Shown one piece after another: positions 57,852 through 64,000 of a stretch of 64,000 nt of DNA. Made by a program: the position numbers and the translations under genes. Origin of the DNA: an uncultured virus (IMG/VR IMGVR_UViG_3300032324_000268) (lineage: Duplodnaviria > Heunggongvirae > Uroviricota > Caudoviricetes); the IMG/VR virus record IMGVR_UViG_3300032324_000268; one strand, written 5' to 3'. The notes below the pieces were generated by a model. It ran no database searches. It saw nothing but the letters and a program-made list of their open reading frames with translations, and was not told the DNA's origin. Within the stretch, counting starts at the first letter, position 1, and every line of letters begins with the position of its first letter.

Positions 57852-59113
57852 ATTGTTTCAATGTCTCCGTCGTTTAGGGTTTCTATGTTTTTGAGTTTTG
57901 ATCTGACTTTCTTCATTACTTGTTCCTCAATTGAGTCAGCCGCAAAAATGATCTTTTGTACAGCTTTAGATTTTGCTCCCGCCCTGTGGATTCTCCCCAG
58001 TGCTTGTTTTAAATCAACGGCAGAGTAGGTGGGACATATGAGCGAGCTCCGAGGGCGTCCCAATGTATCGTGAAGCGATACCCCTACTCCGCCACTTTGT
58101 ATCTGGCATACCATTACATGATTTGCGTCACATTGAAAGTCTGCAATCATCCCCTCTCGCTGGTCGTCTGGTTGCCCTCCCCAAATATAGCAAGGGTCTT
58201 TAAACTTTGTAAGCAAAGTGTCAATCGTGTTTCTAAAGTTGCAGAAGATAACTACGCTTCTCTCTTCGTCCAAGAGGGCTTCCGCCAAATCAACCAGAAC
58301 TGGTACACGTATTAATTCTGCCTCTTGCCTAGCCCTTAGTATCTCCGTCATTGGGTTTGGTCGATCCGCGGCCTTGCTAGCTTGTAGTTCCGCAAGCTTT
58401 GCTTGGAGGTCGTCGTAAACCCCTTGCACGTTCCCGCAATCATAGGCTTCCGCAAACACTTCGTTATCTGGGAAAGCGTCTCCGAGTTCCGATATACGTA
58501 TTCTGCTAGCTTTTTCCCCCATCGATTTGTGAATGTTTGCTAGCTTTGATTTGCCACCAAAATAAGCCAACGCACCCCACGGGGCTTTCTTCACTCCGTT
58601 TTTGATACACCACGGAAAGAAGTCCACGTATTTGTGGAGCCCTAGAACAAACCCAGTCGACCGCATATCTAGCGGGTTCGATGCGAATGTGGCTGACAAC
58701 ATAAGCGTATAGAACGGACGGCTCGTCACTAGCATTTTCCCATTAAGGCTGTTTGCTCCCTTGCATTTGTGTACTTCGTCCCAGATGAGCAGAGTATCTT
58801 GCGGTATGTTTGACCATACCCACGCACCTTTCACGAAATCACCAAAACCACTGCTACCAGCCCTTAACTTTTCGTAATTCAAAATAAACATCGGCTCAAC
58901 TCCAGCCCTCTTGCACCAATCTTTCCAGCTTGGGATAACGGCTTTTGGGCAAATGATGCCTACTGGTTTTCCTAGAGTTTTTGCAATCCACACTGCTTTA
59001 GCCGTCTTACCAGTGCCCGTATCGCTCCAGTCGGCAGCAACGTGGTGATCACGCAAACTCTTCAACATATTTTCTGCTGAAGGCTTCTGCCAATCGTACA
59101 AACTAAAACTCAT
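57848..59113 (-). CDS. SF2 (SNF2-like) helicase
   Basis: TGTGKT, DEVH, SAT, QALGRIHR. Confidence 0.9.
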   Translation of the reverse strand: MSFSLYDWQKPSAENMLKSLRDHHVAADWSDTGTGKTAKAVWIAKTLGKPVGIICPKAVIPSWKDWCKRAGVEPMFILNYEKLRAGSSGFGDFVKGAWVWSNIPQDTLLIWDEVHKCKGANSLNGKMLVTSRPFYTLMLSATFASNPLDMRSTGFVLGLHKYVDFFPWCIKNGVKKAPWGALAYFGGKSKLANIHKSMGEKASRIRISELGDAFPDNEVFAEAYDCGNVQGVYDDLQAKLAELQASKAADRPNPMTEILRARQEAELIRVPVLVDLAEALLDEERSVVIFCNFRNTIDTLLTKFKDPCYIWGGQPDDQREGMIADFQCDANHVMVCQIQSGGVGVSLHDTLGRPRSSLICPTYSAVDLKQALGRIHRAGAKSKAVQKIIFAADSIEEQVMKKVRSKLKNIETLNDGDIETI

Positions 59114-59568
59114 TCAGTCTTTGCTCCGTATTCCAAGATCAAAAGGGCATCAGCGGTTGAAAGTGTTACTGGTATTGTTGGATACAAGTTTTGAGCTTTT
59201 GCTTTTAGCTTGTTTTTCCATTTAGTTCGGTTTCCTTCGCTTGTCCCCAAGCTTAAGAAGCCTTGCCATTTCTGAGGCCGAACCAAAACTATTCTTGCTC
59301 CCAAGCACGTGAGTACGCCTAAAATGAACCCGAAATTCCTTCCAAAAGTGAACATGGCTGACCCCGGCTGAGGTCTTCCAATGTATCCCCCAACTTCCTC
59401 GATGATCACTGTTGGCTTGTCTAGATGGTAATAAATCTCCTTTAGTTTTACTGAAATATCCGTTTCCGTGGGTGGCATCGCTATTGCTCTTGTCCCGTAA
59501 GCCATTTTCCAAGCTATCCCTCCCGATTTCCCCGGATCGATTGCTATTAGTTCTTTTGTTACATTCAT
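59110..59568 (-). CDS. RuvC-like Holliday junction resolvase
   Basis: IDPGKSGG, IEEV, F.FG..FG, P.KW, DALLI. Confidence 0.8.
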   Translation of the reverse strand: MNVTKELIAIDPGKSGGIAWKMAYGTRAIAMPPTETDISVKLKEIYYHLDKPTVIIEEVGGYIGRPQPGSAMFTFGRNFGFILGVLTCLGARIVLVRPQKWQGFLSLGTSEGNRTKWKNKLKAKAQNLYPTIPVTLSTADALLILEYGAKTE

Positions 59569-59699
59569 CTGTGCCTTTCGATTGTGGTTTAAATTTTCCC
59601 TTCATATTGGGATACGTATGTAAAGACCCACAAGCAGTAGGCAAGAGAAATCTTTTGGGCATGGTTGACTAATTAACTAACCTCCATACCCTTTGGTTT

Positions 59700-61010
59700 G
59701 TGCCAGATGTTTATACTACGCCCACGTATCCCACGTACCAAGACAGCGAGAACCGATCGCTCTACAAAATCAATCGGCTTTTGGAGGATAGTTTTGGGAT
59801 GTCCTCTTCTGGAGCGAGTGCGACTGCTTTCTCAACAGACGCTTTTGGACGTCTTCGTTCGTCTACCCCTTTAACGATTTTTGACTCTTCGCATCGCTAT
59901 GCCGACAACAATCTTTGGGCTACATCTGTAGCCACTAGCGGGACATCTACTTTTAACGCAGATCAAGGTTTAGTTGATCTTGCCGTCACCTCCGCCTCCG
60001 GCTCGCAAGTACTTAGAGAAACAACCAAAGTATTCCCATATCAACCTGGCAAATCTCTGCTCGTGATGACTACCTTTGTTATGGCTCCCGCCAAAACTAA
60101 CCTTCGGCAAAGAGTAGGGTATTTCGGCGCACAGAATGGTTTCTATGTCCAATTAGACGGAAGCACTTTAAGTTTTGTAGAACGCTCTTCTGTTACCGGG
60201 TCTGTTGTTTCAAGTCCCGTCGTGCAGTCAAGCTGGAATGGCGACAAACTTGATGGCACTGGCCCCTCGGGTCTTACCCTCGATATTACTAAATCACAAA
60301 TCCTTTGGATGGATCTCGAGTGGCTTGGGGTTGGGTCTGTTCGTTTAGGATTTGTTATTAACGGTCGTTTCGTTCTTTGCCACACATTCCACCACGCCAA
60401 TCTAGTTGCTTCGACCTATATCACCACAGCCAGTCTACCTCTGCGGTATGAGATTACAAACACGGGTGCTACTTCTGGTTCGAGCACTCTTAAACAAATT
60501 TGTTCGACAGTCATTTCTGAAGGTGGTTACGAATTACGTGGCCTACAACAAGCAGTTGGAGTGCCAGTAGGTACTTCAAGAACACTAGGCGCAACAGATG
60601 TTCAGACCCCAATTGTCTCTCTTCGTCTCAAGGCTACGAGACTGGATGCTGTTGTAATTTTGACCGCTATATCAGTTTTGGGGACTGGCAATGGGACTAA
60701 TTTTAATTGGAATGTAAACGCTTCTGGAACAGTCTCTGGTGGAACTTGGGTTGACGCTGGAGTTAATTCTTCCGTCGAGTACAACCTTGGCGGAACCATT
60801 AGTGGTGGCAGAGTCTTGGCTAGTGGTTATTTGCACTCCTCAAATCAAGGAGCCTCTTCTGTCGATATCCTAAAAGAAGCACTATTGAAATTCCAATTGG
60901 AGCGAAATTCTTTTACCTCGACTCCTTTTAACCTATCTCTGACAGCAGCTGGTGGTGGTGGCGGGCAAGGTATTTTCGGCTCTATGGATTGGGAAGAGAT
61001 CAGTCGCTAG
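59700..61010 (+). CDS. putative virion protein
   Basis: DAFGRLRSS.P.TIFD motif, beta-rich; TTGACT-N16-TACCCT-N7-GTG. Confidence 0.6.
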   Translation: MPDVYTTPTYPTYQDSENRSLYKINRLLEDSFGMSSSGASATAFSTDAFGRLRSSTPLTIFDSSHRYADNNLWATSVATSGTSTFNADQGLVDLAVTSASGSQVLRETTKVFPYQPGKSLLVMTTFVMAPAKTNLRQRVGYFGAQNGFYVQLDGSTLSFVERSSVTGSVVSSPVVQSSWNGDKLDGTGPSGLTLDITKSQILWMDLEWLGVGSVRLGFVINGRFVLCHTFHHANLVASTYITTASLPLRYEITNTGATSGSSTLKQICSTVISEGGYELRGLQQAVGVPVGTSRTLGATDVQTPIVSLRLKATRLDAVVILTAISVLGTGNGTNFNWNVNASGTVSGGTWVDAGVNSSVEYNLGGTISGGRVLASGYLHSSNQGASSVDILKEALLKFQLERNSFTSTPFNLSLTAAGGGGGQGIFGSMDWEEISR

Positions 61011-61059
61011 TTTAAGTTCTTGCTTAAAGCCTTTTTGATTTTACACTCCTAGCTCAATC

Positions 61060-62784
61060 GTGAGCCAAGGTTTTCAAAAGTACGGGATTGTCTGGCCGGA
61101 AGGAACCACGGAAGCCACCATCGAGCTTATTGCGTTTCGTGAGGGCTTTGGCCCAGAACGTGGTGGTCTTGGTAAGTACGGCCACTTTCGCAGAGTAGTC
61201 GAGTTGCTTTGGCCTTACGATAAGAAGAAGAACAAGTCTGGTTTTCAATGGAACCCTTGGGCCGAGCGTATCTTTGAGGAAGCCTGCAAGTGGAACTATC
61301 TCGGCATTTCTGGTCCCAAGTCCTCCAGCAAGACGCATTGTATCGGCATCTGGGGTCTGGTTAACTGGTTGGCTGATCCTTTTAATACACTTGTTCTAGT
61401 AACCACTACTTCAGTTCGGGAGGCTAGAAAGCGGATGTGGGGTGTTATCCGTGAACGGCATCTTCAGATCCCAGGACTACCTGGTCGTATTGTTGATTCG
61501 ATGGGTAAACTTATCTTGGACGAGGCTGGAAGCGATCGGTCGAGTATTACGCTTATTCCTTCCGCCAAAGACAAGGAGAAAGAAGCCACCGAGAAGTTGA
61601 TCGGATTAAAGAATAAGAGAGTTCTTTTGCTTGTAGACGAGGCGACAGATGTTTCACCCGCCATCTTCGAAGCCATCCATAACCTAGATTCCAACCCCTA
61701 CTTCCAGTGTATCGCACTTGGGAACTTTGCTTCGGCTTACGACCCATTTGGGCAGTATATCACACCGAAGAATACTTGGAACAGCGTAAATACAGACATG
61801 GAGGGGTGGGAGACTTCCCGAGGATACTGCGTCCATTTAGACGGGGAGAAGTCACCTAATCTATCCGCTGACGATGAATGGCCATTCTTGCTCACAAGCA
61901 AACAGCTTTACGAGGCTCGAGAGTACCAAGGTGAGAATAGTTTGTCGTATTGGCGGTTTATTAGGTCTTTCCCCGCACCAGTCGGTGCCGAACAAAACAT
62001 CTACTCCGAAGCGGAAATCCGAAAGTCTGACGGGGAAGCTATGCCGATATGGGAGAAAGCAGTTCCAACCAAGGTGGCTGGGTTCGATCCTGCGTTTACC
62101 AATGGTGGAGACAGATCGGTCTTGTATATCGGCAGTTTTGGTAAGAGTAATTTGGGATTGCCCACGATTGCGTTTACGAAGTCCTACATTGTCCGTGAAG
62201 ACGCAACAAAAGCTAACGAGCCCAGAAACTTTCAAATTGCTAGGCAAGTAAAAGAGATATGTGAGAAAGAGGGCGTGAGACCAGAGCATCTCGCAATCGA
62301 CGCTACTGGGGCGGGAGATCCGTTCTGCGATATCTTAAGTGAACTTTGGAGCAGTCGAATCTTCCGAGTTAAGTTCGGCGAAAAGCCTACCGAGCTTCCG
62401 ATTAGCGTTATGTCACCCGTTAAGGGCAACGAGAAGTTTGCCAATAGGGTGACCGAGCTTTGGTACGTTGGTGTTGAGTATCTCCGAGGTCAACAACTCA
62501 AAGGCATTACGGCTGAGCTAGCCAGAGAATTGTGTGCTAGAAAGTACAGCACTATGGCTGGTGGTCGACTTGTGGTAGAGCCCAAAAGAGATATGAAGTC
62601 TAGAATGGGAAGATCACCCGATTTGGCCGACGCCGCCCTTCTCTTAGTTGACTTATGTCGTCAAAGGCTTGGTGCTTTGGCTGGTGGCAAATATGCGGCC
62701 GCAAAGAGCGATAGCTGGTTAAAGACTGCCAAGAAGATGGATGTGGCTTCTTTTGGCGATAACCACGTACTAAGTAACTCTTGA
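61060..62784 (+). CDS. terL: terminase large subunit
   Basis: Walker A-like GPKSSSKT, Walker B LLVDEA, GFDP, SPDLADA. Confidence 0.9.
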   Translation: MSQGFQKYGIVWPEGTTEATIELIAFREGFGPERGGLGKYGHFRRVVELLWPYDKKKNKSGFQWNPWAERIFEEACKWNYLGISGPKSSSKTHCIGIWGLVNWLADPFNTLVLVTTTSVREARKRMWGVIRERHLQIPGLPGRIVDSMGKLILDEAGSDRSSITLIPSAKDKEKEATEKLIGLKNKRVLLLVDEATDVSPAIFEAIHNLDSNPYFQCIALGNFASAYDPFGQYITPKNTWNSVNTDMEGWETSRGYCVHLDGEKSPNLSADDEWPFLLTSKQLYEAREYQGENSLSYWRFIRSFPAPVGAEQNIYSEAEIRKSDGEAMPIWEKAVPTKVAGFDPAFTNGGDRSVLYIGSFGKSNLGLPTIAFTKSYIVREDATKANEPRNFQIARQVKEICEKEGVRPEHLAIDATGAGDPFCDILSELWSSRIFRVKFGEKPTELPISVMSPVKGNEKFANRVTELWYVGVEYLRGQQLKGITAELARELCARKYSTMAGGRLVVEPKRDMKSRMGRSPDLADAALLLVDLCRQRLGALAGGKYAAAKSDSWLKTAKKMDVASFGDNHVLSNS

Positions 62785-62816
62785 CGAATATTACGGAGTG
62801 TTAGAGTTAAGAAGCC

Positions 62817-64000
62817 GTGTCAATTGACCTAGAGACAATCTCAGAGTCGGGGAAAGCTCCACGCACTCGAATTAAAGACGCCCGAAGTGCTCACGCCATC
62901 TTTACGGCTATCCGTAATGCTGACGACGCCTCGGCTATTGATCGCCGCAAAATCCAGTCAATGTTGGACGGCGAACCACCCTTTTCTAACTCTCAGCTCA
63001 AAGCTCTTGGCCAAGGATACCGAGCCAATCTAAACTTCGGTGAAGCAGCTGGAGCTATGGAAGTAGCTCTTTCCGCTTATTCGGATCTCGTTAATTCTGT
63101 CGATAAGCTCGCTCAAGTTAAGACGTCCTTTGGTGACGCTTCCGAACGTGTCGAGTGGGAAAACATTATCTCCGAAGAGTTCCATCGCACTTTGACCGAT
63201 TGGGACGAGTTCTTCTACAAACAACAGCTCTTGGCTCACCAGTTCGTAGCCTACGGAGTTGGGTTTGCGTACTTTGACGATAACCGCAACTGGCAGTGGG
63301 GTGTTAGCGGTCTTCGTGATTTCCGTGTTCCCCGTGGAACAGCCGCCTCAGATACCAAGTTTGAAATTGCGACTGTCGAACGAAACTATATGGCCGGGGA
63401 GTTGTATCAGTTTATTGAGAACCCCAAGGTAGCCGCTGAACTCGGTTGGAACGTTGAGGAGACTCGGCGCGCATTGTTGCACTCGGTTGAGATTGGCAAC
63501 GCTACTGGTAGGGATTGGGAGAGACTACAAGAAGAACTCAAAAATAACGATTTGATGTATTCTCACGCTCGGTCGAAAGTTATCCGTTGCGTGCACTATT
63601 TTGTTAAAGAGTTTGACGGAACCATCTCCCACTATATCGGAACCCGAGCTGGAGATACCGACGATTTCTTGTTTAAGAAACCAAGCCGATTCCAACACGC
63701 TAATGAAGCGTTTGTGTTGTTCTCTTACGGAATTGGGTCAAACGGATTACTTCATAGTATCCGTGGTCTTGGCTACAAACTCTTCCCTTTCATTCAGCTT
63801 TCCAATCGTCTTCGTAATGCCGTTGTAGACGGAGCAATGCTCTCGTCTGCGTTGATGATCCAGCCTACGACTGGCGAGGACATCAGCAACTTGACCTTGA
63901 TGTATAACGGTCCTCTTTCTGTTCTTCCCCCAGGACTAAATGTAGTTGACCGAGCCGCTCCTAATCTTGCTGGCAATGTGTTGCCCATCGTCCGTGATCT
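62817..64000 (+). CDS. portal protein (3'-truncated)
   Basis: Open frame from GTG 62817 towards window end, directly after terL; not in ORF track. Confidence 0.7.
   Translation, partial: MSIDLETISESGKAPRTRIKDARSAHAIFTAIRNADDASAIDRRKIQSMLDGEPPFSNSQLKALGQGYRANLNFGEAAGAMEVALSAYSDLVNSVDKLAQVKTSFGDASERVEWENIISEEFHRTLTDWDEFFYKQQLLAHQFVAYGVGFAYFDDNRNWQWGVSGLRDFRVPRGTAASDTKFEIATVERNYMAGELYQFIENPKVAAELGWNVEETRRALLHSVEIGNATGRDWERLQEELKNNDLMYSHARSKVIRCVHYFVKEFDGTISHYIGTRAGDTDDFLFKKPSRFQHANEAFVLFSYGIGSNGLLHSIRGLGYKLFPFIQLSNRLRNAVVDGAMLSSALMIQPTTGEDISNLTLMYNGPLSVLPPGLNVVDRAAPNLAGNVLPIVRD

Noticed and set aside
59222..59662. 146-aa alternative-frame ORF over the resolvase
   Set aside because: No recognisable motif; likely chance

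Overview
The window is most of a tailed-phage genome with podovirus-like architecture. No integrase, tRNA or CRISPR array was recognised. Plus strand 1-33.5 kb: fibre/decoration genes, major capsid protein, lysis cassette, tail nozzle/adaptor, RCC1-repeat fibres, ejection proteins and a 3591-aa polyvalent virion protein. Minus strand 33.5-46.4 kb: early/accessory genes (C5 methyltransferase, gp88-like, histone-fold, DUF6878/DUF6915-like, MoxR-vWA), with an antisense small terminase. Plus strand 46.6-48.1 kb: small basic proteins. Minus strand 48.4-59.6 kb: replication genes (primase-helicase, PolA, SSB, split Cas4-like nuclease, SF2 helicase, resolvase). Terminase large subunit and portal follow and run off the end. 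The top signal is a complete ORF-less group I ribozyme core (~3135-3329) between a stop codon and the capsid promoter. It has no substantial 3' exon, and its candidate guide sequence matches one site upstream and one downstream in the capsid leader, so it may yield isoform splicing, natural back-splicing or trans-splicing. Other highlights: an ECF-sigma-like domain, a kinase and an ADP-ribosyltransferase inside the giant virion protein, with repeated L-[GN]-A-A-[LM]-P motifs at domain boundaries; a shared MPLGR N-terminus; a 58-aa histone-fold protein; and an out-of-frame nested methyltransferase subunit. All family assignments are by-eye motif recognition; no searches were run.
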